DNA from: a virus
Length of the DNA stretch: 64,000 nt
Strand: one strand, 5' to 3'
Virus record (IMG/VR): IMGVR_UViG_3300045988_097913
The position numbers and the translations under genes were made by a program. A model generated the notes under the pieces. The model was not told the origin of the DNA. It saw nothing but the letters and a program-made list of their open reading frames with translations, and made no database searches. This document shows, in pieces, positions 28,901 through 38,037 of this stretch (position 1 is the first letter of the stretch; each line of letters begins with the position of its first letter).

Positions 28901-30430
28901 TCTGTGACATTTGCAACGGTAGAAATATAATCCTTCATTGCCTCGTCTTGAGTAACGAGAGCATTTGTTGCCTCGGTAGTCCAGTCTGCAACCTGTTTGG
29001 AAGTTAATTCAAATATTGCTTGATTAACTTGCCCATACATTTGCTGGAACTTCGTAAGGAGTTCTTGCGTTAAATTGTCAATGTTTAAATCATTGACATC
29101 AATATTCATAGCTTGCGCCCAAGCTGCTTTTATAGAATCATCAGAATTTAGAATTTGTTGTGCAAATTTATTTGCATACGCTTCTGCCGTCTTTTGCCCG
29201 GCTTCGTCACCAGCTTGGACAGCTTCTTGTAACTTATCAGAAATACCAGAAGTGTCAATCAAATTTTTGACTTTAATTGTTTCAAAATTAGACGGGTCAA
29301 GCGCTAGGTTAACCGTGTCAAGTTGCTCTTGAAGCATCTTATACACGTCAGAACTTGTATCCCCAAGATTTTGTAAAGTTTGCATATCTTGAAGAATTGT
29401 TAATTTCTGATTTTGTAAAGCAAGTGTTTGAGCGTCCATCTGAGAATTAAGTTGTTGTAACCTAGTCGCATAATTCTCATCTGTTTTATCGAGATTTTGT
29501 TTTTCTTTGTTTAGCTGGGCAATATTCGCAAGGAGCTGATTGACGCTTGCCGATTCTGCGTCATAAAGTCTTGGTGCGATACCCACAAAAGAAGACTGAT
29601 ATTCTTCAACAGACTTATTATCGCCATATCTTGATTTAATTTCTCCCTGAGTTTTTTCTTTTGATACGGCTTTATTCGCCTCATTAACATCATTTTGCGT
29701 TTTCTGAATTTCTTTTAGGACATCAAGTTGTTCTTGAAGGTTCTCTTTTTGTTGCTCATCTGCTAATGTTAAAGTACCTTTAGAGTTGATTTCTGAGATT
29801 TGTTTGTTAATTTCAGTTATTTTATTATTTGTCTCATCAAGGTTCTGTTGGCTCTCTTGCAAGGCTTCATTTGCTTTTTTGACTTGTGCATCTGGTTGAG
29901 CATCTTTCCAAGCGTTCCATGCAACTTTCGCAACAGCTCCAATGGCGGTAATGGCTGCTACTACACCCCATATTGGTACTGCAACAGAACCTATTGTAAA
30001 TAATGTTGTATTTAGCGCCCCAATCGCACTTGTGGCAGTTATCGCAAGACTTGGAAGTTGCCCAATTAAATTGGATGTCTCCCATATATTTTTAAATATA
30101 TTGCCTGCAAAAGCTGTTGCTAAAGCAACACCGAGAGCTTTAATTAGTGGACTTAAAACTGGAATTTTATTTAGTAGAATATTTAGAATTTCTACGACTT
30201 TGGACAAACCATCGTATGCTAATGCAAGGGTTCTATCAAGGTTAGAATCCTGTGCAAATTGTTGAACACTTGCGGTTAATCTATTTTGTGCAGCTTCAAG
30301 AGATTCGTTGTAGACCGTCATCTTTTCAGCAGCAACACCGTTTGCATTTTCTGCAACACTAGTCGCTTCTAGGACACGGTTATAGTCCTCCATAGCAGCA
30401 ATAAAGACGTTGCGCTGTCTTGTGCCCGCC
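25969..30430 (-). CDS. tape measure protein, exon 4
   Basis: Frame is open upstream of the track ATG: (V)AGTRQRNVFIAAMEDYNRV continues the TMP core. Long coiled coil with a Gly/Ala-rich segment near the C-terminus. Confidence 0.8.
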
Positions 30431-30616
30431 CAATCTGTTACTTTTGTGACCTATTATTAAAATAGGCGAGAACGGTTCTCCTTAAAAGTGTCTTTACACT
30501 TGACCGCTCTTCTATAAGTTTCCTTATAGTTCAGACTATATTTTCATCCTTATACAACAAAACACATCCCAACAATAAGAGATGTGTTTGATATAAGGAG
30601 CATTCCTCCTTAGTCG

Positions 30617-31543
30617 TTACGATGCAATATTTTTAATAAGGTCTTTGTAATTATATTTGATAACTTCGTTATCTAATTCAATGTAACCTCTGTCACAATA
30701 GAAATAGATTACTTTACACCCATCGTTAAATTTAACAAGAGCAAAATCTTTTAGGCGTTCTAGTATATCATTTTCCGGTAGTTTATCCTTGTCTAGCACG
30801 AAAATGATTTGATAGAAGCCGTTGTCTCTGATAGTATCAATTCTATTTTTTTCTTTAGTATTAAATTGTTCTTGCGTCATTTTGCCAAGAACAACATCGA
30901 GATTATGTCCAGAGCCATTTATCTCAATATCTAATTTATCAGATTCAACGTAAATATCAAAAAGATATTTTCCAATCCTATGATTTATAACTCCATTATA
31001 TAAGTCTGCTAAATACTTCTGGCAGTAACTATATAATCCATTATCACCTTGCATAGACTCCATTTGTTTTTTAGCAAATTCATCTACTTTCATAGGGTTA
31101 TCCTCGCCATATCTTTCGATAAGTGTTTTGATTCTTTTGCTATTTATTTCTTTGTTCAAAATTGGATTTTCACATCCGTATCTTTGAATATTTGTTGCTC
31201 TTGCTTTATCTCTAATATCCTGTGATTGCATTGGGTTGTCTATGTTATACCGCTCCTTAAATGTATCTTTTGCTTTAAGATGACGGCAATGCACACAAGC
31301 GTCCGTTCTGGGTTTTCCTAAAGATTTATCTAACGATACGTTTCTTGTATAACAAGAATATGTAATGTTATATTCCTCTCCACAATAATCACATTTTACA
31401 GAGACTTTTACCGTACTTTTTGGTGTTAAATCCTCAACAGGGACTTGTATTTCATCAAACATTTTTACATTATATCCGAGTGATTTATAATGAGACATAG
31501 AATGGTTGTTTACTTTTACTTTAACGAATTTCGTCAAAAGCAT
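30617..31543 (-). CDS. intron-encoded homing endonuclease-like protein
   Basis: ATG 31543 follows AGGAGGTGG. Contains a 4-Cys finger (CDYC...CVHC) and three ~23-aa repeats with an RYG-x-(D/E)NP core. C-terminal DIYVE...IEINGSGHN resembles a Vsr/PD-(D/E)XK-type nuclease. Confidence 0.7.
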   Translation of the reverse strand: MLLTKFVKVKVNNHSMSHYKSLGYNVKMFDEIQVPVEDLTPKSTVKVSVKCDYCGEEYNITYSCYTRNVSLDKSLGKPRTDACVHCRHLKAKDTFKERYNIDNPMQSQDIRDKARATNIQRYGCENPILNKEINSKRIKTLIERYGEDNPMKVDEFAKKQMESMQGDNGLYSYCQKYLADLYNGVINHRIGKYLFDIYVESDKLDIEINGSGHNLDVVLGKMTQEQFNTKEKNRIDTIRDNGFYQIIFVLDKDKLPENDILERLKDFALVKFNDGCKVIYFYCDRGYIELDNEVIKYNYKDLIKNIAS

Positions 31544-31565
31544 ATAATACCACCTCCTATTACTT

Positions 31566-31593
31566 ATTATAATCAATATTTTATATTTGTCAA
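31566..31593 (-). promoter_or_regulatory. sigma-70-type promoter inside intron C
   Basis: On the minus strand: TTGACA (31593-31588), 16-nt spacer, TATAAT (31571-31566), upstream of the endonuclease RBS. Confidence 0.55.
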
Positions 31594-31717
31594 GACCTAA
31601 AACAAAAATATTGTTATCTCGGTATTCCCTTATTTATACAAACTTAGGGTTCACCGATATAGGAATGTTGTAGTGTTATAAACACCTACGAATTACTTCG
31701 TATTGTGGCTACTTAAA

Positions 31718-32181
31718 ACCACATAAGCCAACTGGTTCTGTTCAAGAGTGCTCATGTTATTCCATTTTGCACCGATTTCATCAAGAACCGTGCCAATTTC
31801 ACGCATTTTACCGTTTGTATCAACTAGGGTAATTCCATATTTGGATAGAACTTTATCTGCGTCATTGATTGTGTGGGTTATACCTTGCTCATCAACGAGG
31901 TCATCCAAATCTACTTTTGCCGTGATTTTTGATATACGCGAGATGATACTCTGCCAAGCAGACCCGATAACTTCTGGTGCTTGTCGAGTCTTTTCCTCAG
32001 AAATAGTAATTAGACCAATTAGTTTATCAAGCCCTACCCCTGCTTGTCCAGCAGAACTAGCAACTTTCTGTAATGCCGTAGAGATTTCGCCTGTGCTGGC
32101 AGCGTAGGAAAGGTCTACTTGCACAAGTTTGTCTACGATTTTGCTTGTATCATCTACAGCTACATTATAGGATTTTGTAAT
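31718..32181 (-). CDS. tape measure protein, exon 3
   Basis: ITKSYNVAVDDTSKIVDKLVQVDLSYAASTGEISTALQKVASSAG...EQNQLAYV is the TP901-type TMP core. The 5' boundary has an alternative at 32195. Confidence 0.75.
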
Positions 32182-33653
32182 CTTTGTATTGACGGCAGTT
32201 CGTTACTCTGTCGTTGTTATTTATAGAATTTTTCTCCTGTGTCAATATTTATTCCATAATAGACACAATTTGATTCTTTTAGCTTTGTAAATGCTTCATT
32301 CTTAATTTTATATAAATAATTATCATTTGGAAGTTTGTCTGTCTTTGAAATTATTTCAAATTCTTTATAACCATTATCAAGGAAGACCTTTCTTCTCAAC
32401 TCTTCGTGTTCATCAAATCCTTCTTGCGTCATTTTGTTGTATGTTACACGAATATTATGCCCAGAACCAGAATACTCGATATAAATATGTTCGTCTTCAA
32501 ACAAAATATCCGCCAAATATCCGAACATTGGAGCATTTATTTCACCGCCATATAACTTCCATAAATAAATTTGTTCAGAAGAAGTCATTGCTCCATTAAT
32601 GCCATATCTTTCATCTCTTGTTTTTAAGGCACGATTTCTAATTTCTTCATTTTGCATTGGATATTCAGTCCCATATCTTTCAAGAGTTGTTGCTTTTGCC
32701 TTTTGCATAATTTCTTCTTTCAATAACGGATTCTCAACGCCATATTTTTCTAAACAAGTATTTTTAATCTTATTCTTTATTTGTTCCGAGTGCATTGGAT
32801 GATTACAACCATATTTTTTCTGCATTGTTTCAAGCGTTTTCTTGTGTACTTCGTCTGACTGTAATCCACATACGCTTCCATATTTTTCAAGATTTGTTGC
32901 AACCACTTTTTCTCGCACAAAATCTAATTGAGAGACATATTCTTTTCCATATTTAAACATAACAGATTCTTTTCTCTTCTGATTGATACAACCTTGGTTA
33001 CTGCAACAATCTTTTGGATAATTTTTTCTGTGGGTTGCGTAAGAATAATATGCGACAGTGTAATTTGCTCCACAATAATCACATACTACATTAACGCTAC
33101 ATCTTGCCCATCTTGATACATCAGAAATATTTACTTGAATATACTCATTTATTTTAGCGTCATATCCCAATCTTTTGTATCTTTTGACATTAGAACCAGT
33201 ACATAAAATTGATACCATTTTAGAAACTAATATACAAAACACCACCTTAGATATACATAACTCTATAAATAACACTCGCACTTTTATGCGAGAATAGACT
33301 ATATCTTCATCTTCATAAAGAAGAGTTTCCCATTTCGATTTAAAGGGATTTCACCTACGCTTAACGATTTGCGCCCTACTTCTATTGCATCTTTTGAATG
33401 CCACGGAATAGTCGTTGAACCTTATCCTTAAATATTGTATCATAAATTATTTTGATAGTAAAGAGTTTTAATAAATATTTAAGAATCTTGGCTGCGGATT
33501 ATCCAATCTTTAACTATTTTACTATACTGAGGTAATTATTCTCACCGCCATCTATATTTCTATGATGGTTTAGTTGTTAAAGCTCTAAGGAGTTTCCCGT
33601 CAATTAAAGAAATAAATTATTGTATATATCACTATATACCCTGCCTAAAATCA
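32182..33653 (-). mobile_element. group I intron B (about 1472 nt) with endonuclease ORF
   Basis: Minus-strand P AATTGACGGGAAAC (33605-33592), Q AATCCGCAGCC (33500-33490), R GGTTCAACGACTA (33421-33409), S GAAGATATAGTCT (33308-33296). P1 is CUGCU/GGCAG with U.G at the splice site. Confidence 0.75.
32217..33218 (-). CDS. intron-encoded homing endonuclease-like protein (paralogue of 30617..31543)
   Basis: Same architecture as its paralogue: CDYC...Cys finger, six (K/R)YG-x-x-(N/H/Y)P repeats, and C-terminal LFEDEHIYIEYSGSGHN. The start is uncertain (ATG 33218 chosen). Confidence 0.65.
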   Translation of the reverse strand: MVSILCTGSNVKRYKRLGYDAKINEYIQVNISDVSRWARCSVNVVCDYCGANYTVAYYSYATHRKNYPKDCCSNQGCINQKRKESVMFKYGKEYVSQLDFVREKVVATNLEKYGSVCGLQSDEVHKKTLETMQKKYGCNHPMHSEQIKNKIKNTCLEKYGVENPLLKEEIMQKAKATTLERYGTEYPMQNEEIRNRALKTRDERYGINGAMTSSEQIYLWKLYGGEINAPMFGYLADILFEDEHIYIEYSGSGHNIRVTYNKMTQEGFDEHEELRRKVFLDNGYKEFEIISKTDKLPNDNYLYKIKNEAFTKLKESNCVYYGINIDTGEKFYK

Positions 33654-33762
33654 AGCAGTGAGTTGGTCAGTCGCCTCGCTTGCGTCTAATTGACCAACAA
33701 CAGCCAACGTAGTTGACTGCTTTAGCATCTCCATTGCTTCTTGAGCATTATAACCCTGTCTT
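33654..33762 (-). CDS. tape measure protein, exon 2 (109-nt micro-exon, not in ORF track)
   Basis: Encodes (L)RQGYNAQEAMEMLKQSTTLAVVGQLDASEATDQLTA, the missing TMP core segment. It is flanked by stop codons in its frame. Confidence 0.8.
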
Positions 33763-34120
33763 CAATTTGTTACTCTTAATAATCGCCACTTATCAAAAGA
33801 TTCCATATAGGATTTTCTATGTATTTCTACATAAGTTCTGACTATATCTTTACCATAAAGGTATCTCCCGTTTCAGAGCACTCGCCCTTACAATTAGTCG
33901 ATGAACCTTACTCTTAAATATTATATCATATCTATTAAAATATTTCAATAGCTTTATTATAAATATTTAAGAATCTTGGCTGCTGATTATCCAATCTTCG
34001 ATTATTTTACCATGCCTGAATGATTAGTTCAGCCATTATTATATCACTATAATAACTTGGTTATCAAAGCTCTAAGGACTTTCCAGCAATTAGAGAGATT
34101 TTACTTGACCTAGACATTTA
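33763..34120 (-). mobile_element. group I intron A (358 nt, ORF-less)
   Basis: Minus-strand P AATTGCTGGAAAGT (34091-34078), Q AATCAGCAGCC (33988-33978), R GGTTCATCGACTA (33907-33895), S AAAGATATAGTCAG (33851-33838). P1 is CUUGGCU/GGUCAAG with a terminal U.G. The intron ends ...AGTAACAAATTG. Confidence 0.8.
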
Positions 34121-35688
34121 AGCCAAGCATCTGCACCCTCTGCAACTGTGGTCGTAGTAGTGCCAAGTTGCTTTGCCAATTTAGTATAACTATCAGCCAA
34201 CGCCACAGTATCTTCATAGCTACCCATTGTAACCATACGAACCTGTGTCATGGCTTCGTTCATATCATAAATTGCAGATGTAAATTCGCTAGTGATTTTG
34301 TTGATGGCTTCCATAGCCACCCGATACTTAATAAAATTTTCTACACTAGATTGAACGGAGTCAGAAAGAGACTTTTGCCCTTCTTTATGTGTTTCTAAGG
34401 TTACATTTGCTTGTCTGAGCGCATCTGTAACTTGTTCCGTCTGGTTTTCTTGATTTTTTTGAACGACAACAAACTGAGCCGTTCCGCTTGTGCTAGCTTG
34501 TACCTCAACTCCGTATTGTTTTAGTGTAGAGACAAGACCGCTCATTGCAGTTTGAGTATCTTTGTATGCTTGAGTATCTTGTTTTCCTTGTGATTCAAGA
34601 GTTTGCAAAGTCTGATATTGCTTTACATACTCCTTAATGGTACTCAGAAGTTTCTGGTCTTTGGCTTTTGCATTTGTAGCATCAAGAGATGTGCCAACAT
34701 TTTTTACAGCCTTTTCAACCTTATCAATATTTTCTTTTGCCTGAACGGCGCTTGTTGCTGTTTTGTCAAAAGTTAATTTACCAGTTGTTTGGTCAATAAC
34801 AAGACCATATTGTTTCATTTCAAAAACAATATTTTGAAGCTGTTTTTCTAGCTCTTGATAATACGCAGAACCTTTTTGACCGCTTGTTTCTGCCTGAGTT
34901 ATTTTAGCCTGAACAGACTGATATTGATTCAACAAACTAATACTATTTGTTAGATTAGTATTATCCTTTTCCGCAACGGCTTGATTTTGTAGATTTTGTT
35001 TATAGACATTTCTTTTGGCAATAAGCTCTTGTTCTGCATTGGCAATATTTTGTTTAGCTACCGTGTTTTGTGTGCTTAACTGTTTCTCTAATTCTTGCCG
35101 CTCTGTGGCGAGTTGTGTCTTCAACGAGGTGTAATATTGGACATTAACAGAATTACCTTGCTGTTTAGCATCCATTATCTTCGTCTCATACTGGTATCTC
35201 TTCTCAAGATTTTGTATAATTTCTTTTTCAATTTGACTTTGTTCTTTTGTTTGTTCTGCACCAGAATAAGTGGACGAAGATGTTCTTAGTTGCTCATATT
35301 GCTTTCTTATATTTATTACTTCTTGAAGACTGCCAGCGGCCTTTATACTTTCTGCTTCTGCAACGTCTATCGCATCTTTTATGCTTTGTTTTAATGTTAT
35401 TACTGTTCCATTTGCATCTTTGAAAGACGAAGTAATATTAGACCCAGCCCGTTTGACACTTCCTCCGAGGCTTTCAACTAATTTTGCTACTTCATTTATA
35501 TCGTCTTTTTTGAAGTTCTTCGGGAAAGAAAAGCCTTTACCCATTGCTTCGCTTACTTGCGACGATATTTTTTCTGCAACCTCTTTTAGCTCTTCTTCTA
35601 AATATTTTGCACTGTCTGTTACATTTTTAGTATCAAACTCAGGCGTAATTAGAAAGCTAAAAATATCGCTTTGAGATTTATTTGCCAT
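34121..35688 (-). CDS. tape measure protein, exon 1
   Basis: Coiled-coil N-terminal region ending ...LAKQLGTTTTTVAEGADAW(L). The track ORF reads through into the intron (KCLGQVKSL-stop). Confidence 0.8.
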
Positions 35689-35700
35689 TTACCCACCTCC

Positions 35701-36327
35701 TTATTTCTTATGCCTCTTTGTGTCTCTGCTAACAGAAAGACCGCCAGCAACGCGATGTTTGATAGTGGTATCTTTGAAGTATTTCTTCATATAAGCCGCA
35801 ATCTCTTGTCTCGCCCTACCAGTAAGAAGATTAGAAAGTTCATCGTTGACACCCTCACCAATGCCATTGGTTAAAGCATGACCATAAGGAGAATACCACT
35901 CACCATTCATTATGTAGTCGTACAACCCTTCTGTAAATTTCTTATTGTCAAAACCGTTGTGAGCGTCAAATTGTGGAGTTTGACCGGGACTATATGGACG
36001 AATGACACGTTTGAGCTTGTCCCAATCGCAGTAAATTCTAATTTGATTTGGTGTACCATGTTTATCAATGATAGTATAACTAATAGTCGCTAGAAAGCCG
36101 CCTTGTTCTGCTAATCTTTCATAATAAGGAGATTCAGAAGTATCATCGTAAAAATACTTTTTTATATATTCCTTAATTTTTTTGACTCCTTCTTGAGCAA
36201 TCGTCATTAGGATATTCTTAGCAGCTCTTTCATAATCATCAGCAAAATTATCATTAATTTTATCAATTTTATTCCAAATTGCTACTTGGAGCTTTCTGTT
36301 ATCAACTGACGGCTTCGCCATTTGCAT
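35701..36327 (-). CDS. hypothetical protein upstream of the tape measure gene
   Basis: About 208 aa with its own GGAAGGTG RBS. Confidence 0.5.
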   Translation of the reverse strand: MQMAKPSVDNRKLQVAIWNKIDKINDNFADDYERAAKNILMTIAQEGVKKIKEYIKKYFYDDTSESPYYERLAEQGGFLATISYTIIDKHGTPNQIRIYCDWDKLKRVIRPYSPGQTPQFDAHNGFDNKKFTEGLYDYIMNGEWYSPYGHALTNGIGEGVNDELSNLLTGRARQEIAAYMKKYFKDTTIKHRVAGGLSVSRDTKRHKK

Positions 36328-36970
36328 CACCTTCCGGCTTAGAATATTTCTCCTTTAATTTCTTATCTGCTTCTTCCATAGCAGACTTACGCATACCGTC
36401 CATTAGTTCCTTAACGGCAGGGTTGGAATATGCCATTACATCTTCTATGAAGTCTTTATTCTTCTTGGTACTTAGCTTCTTAAATACCTTATCAAGAGCA
36501 TCAATCTTGTCCTGAGTAATATTATTATCAATAGCACCCTTAATGATATTCATGGTGTTAATTTCATTGATACCAGAAGCCTTTTCAAAAGAGTCCATAA
36601 ATTTAACACAGTCATTACCAATTGCTAGTTTTAAATAACGGTCAAACTCAGTTTCAACCATAATGTCGTAATATTCGGGAGACTTATCTTCTTTTGCAAC
36701 TTCAATATCGGTATATTTAAGAAGAATGTCAAACAAGACGTGCATATCATAACGCATAAATACGAGTTCAATATCTAGTTTATTGTTTAGAATCTCAGCA
36801 ATTTCTTCTGAGAAGATTTCATTAATCTTGTGGATATAAGCGTACTTATTACCAATAGAAATATAATTAGTAATATTAATATTCTCAAAGAGCCAACTGT
36901 CAAGAGCCTCTTTGTCAATTAACTTGTTTTGAAGCTGCTTTAGTTTATCAATAACAGTCTTTAGTGTCAT
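36302..36970 (-). CDS. putative tail assembly chaperone
   Basis: 222-aa acidic helical protein in the position normally held by the chaperone upstream of TMP. Assignment rests on position only. Confidence 0.35.
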   Translation of the reverse strand: MTLKTVIDKLKQLQNKLIDKEALDSWLFENINITNYISIGNKYAYIHKINEIFSEEIAEILNNKLDIELVFMRYDMHVLFDILLKYTDIEVAKEDKSPEYYDIMVETEFDRYLKLAIGNDCVKFMDSFEKASGINEINTMNIIKGAIDNNITQDKIDALDKVFKKLSTKKNKDFIEDVMAYSNPAVKELMDGMRKSAMEEADKKLKEKYSKPEGDANGEAVS

Positions 36971-36990
36971 AATTTCAACTCCTTTAATCC

Positions 36991-38037
36991 TTAAATATCG
37001 CTCAAACTACCAGTTTTGATATCTTGTTTAATACCATTTTCATCAAAATAATCACCGAGAGAATCTGCAACGTCTAAATCACAATAAGTGGATGTGAGGT
37101 CTCCTGACCAGCCTACAAGCGCAACAACAACATCATTAGGTAGTTTTGCTTCCTTCATCATAGTAACATATCTATGTCTACAGCAGTGACTATAGAAATC
37201 AACCCCCATAAAACTTGAGATAGTTCTACAAATACTATCTGCCGTTGAAATAGTTGCCTGACGATAAGTACCGTCATCGTTCTTTACGATGAATAACCAT
37301 TCGCTTTCAATGTTATTTTCTTTACGATATTTCATCCAAAGGTCATAGTACGGCTTAAACTGTTTAATAAATGTAAACTTGTTAAGTAATTTACCTTGTT
37401 TACCACGACCCTTAGTACGAATTTGTTCTGGTGTCTTATACATACAGCCATAAACAATATCTTTATCAGTAAACCAATCTGCCTTAAATTGGACTAATTC
37501 TGCCTTTCTTGCGCCGCAGTTCACAGCAAGAGCAAGATAGCAAGCCGCCTGATACCGTTTAGCGGCAACCAATTTATCAAGACAATCTTGAATCTGCTCT
37601 TCGCTCATAACAGTTTTTTCACGAACCAACTGCTTTACAGGAGTTTCCAGCTTAACAACAATATTTCTAAAATCAGGAAACTCATCATCAAGAACATTTT
37701 CAATATAATCTGACATAGAAGATAGAGATGATTTAATAGTAGAGATTCTATTACTAGACCATCCCATTTCTGTAATTGCATAATTAAAGAAACTAACAAG
37801 TTGCCGCTTCTTCAAATCCACAAAGAACGTGTCTTTATTATGCAAATAATTCCAACAGAAGAACAGACGAATCATTTGTTCATATTGATAAATCGTCTGT
37901 GGAGAACGCCCGCCAGTAGTTTTATATGCAAGATAATCTTTCAACAGGTTCTTATTATCTTCGTTAACTTTTGTCCAAATTTCTTCTGTGTAAATTCTAT
38001 TATATACAGTTTTTCTTCCCAATTTCGTCACTTCCAA
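36991..38037 (-). CDS. tyrosine recombinase (phage integrase family)
   Basis: SAM-like N-terminal domain. Catalytic region is ...GARKAEL...HCCRHRYVTMM...LVGWSGD...TSTYCD (R, HxxR, W/H, Y). Confidence 0.75.
   Translation of the reverse strand: MEVTKLGRKTVYNRIYTEEIWTKVNEDNKNLLKDYLAYKTTGGRSPQTIYQYEQMIRLFFCWNYLHNKDTFFVDLKKRQLVSFFNYAITEMGWSSNRISTIKSSLSSMSDYIENVLDDEFPDFRNIVVKLETPVKQLVREKTVMSEEQIQDCLDKLVAAKRYQAACYLALAVNCGARKAELVQFKADWFTDKDIVYGCMYKTPEQIRTKGRGKQGKLLNKFTFIKQFKPYYDLWMKYRKENNIESEWLFIVKNDDGTYRQATISTADSICRTISSFMGVDFYSHCCRHRYVTMMKEAKLPNDVVVALVGWSGDLTSTYCDLDVADSLGDYFDENGIKQDIKTGSLSDI

Larger units (their letters stand above)
30431..31717 (-). mobile_element. group I intron C (1287 nt) with endonuclease ORF
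   Basis: P1 is exon UGUGGU paired to GCCACA with a terminal U.G. R-like GTAACGACTA (30611-30620) and S-like AAAATATAGTCTG (30532-30544) are present. The intron ends AGTAACAGATTG with terminal G at 30431. Confidence 0.75.

Noticed and set aside
31544-31576. Track start at 31576 for the intron C endonuclease (MIIISNRRWYY...).
   Set aside because: These codons overlap the internal promoter -10 and the RBS. ATG 31543 after AGGAGGTGG is the likely start.
33290-34100. Two ~250-nt similar blocks, considered as an IS remnant, terminal repeats or a CRISPR-like array.
   Set aside because: Each block contains group I P, Q, R and S elements in order. They flank a coding micro-exon. They are paralogous intron cores.
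36302-36330. 29-nt overlap of the two ORFs upstream of TMP, considered as a G/GT-type programmed -1 frameshift.
   Set aside because: No slippery heptamer is visible, and the downstream ORF has its own GGAAGGTG RBS and ATG. They are treated as separate genes.
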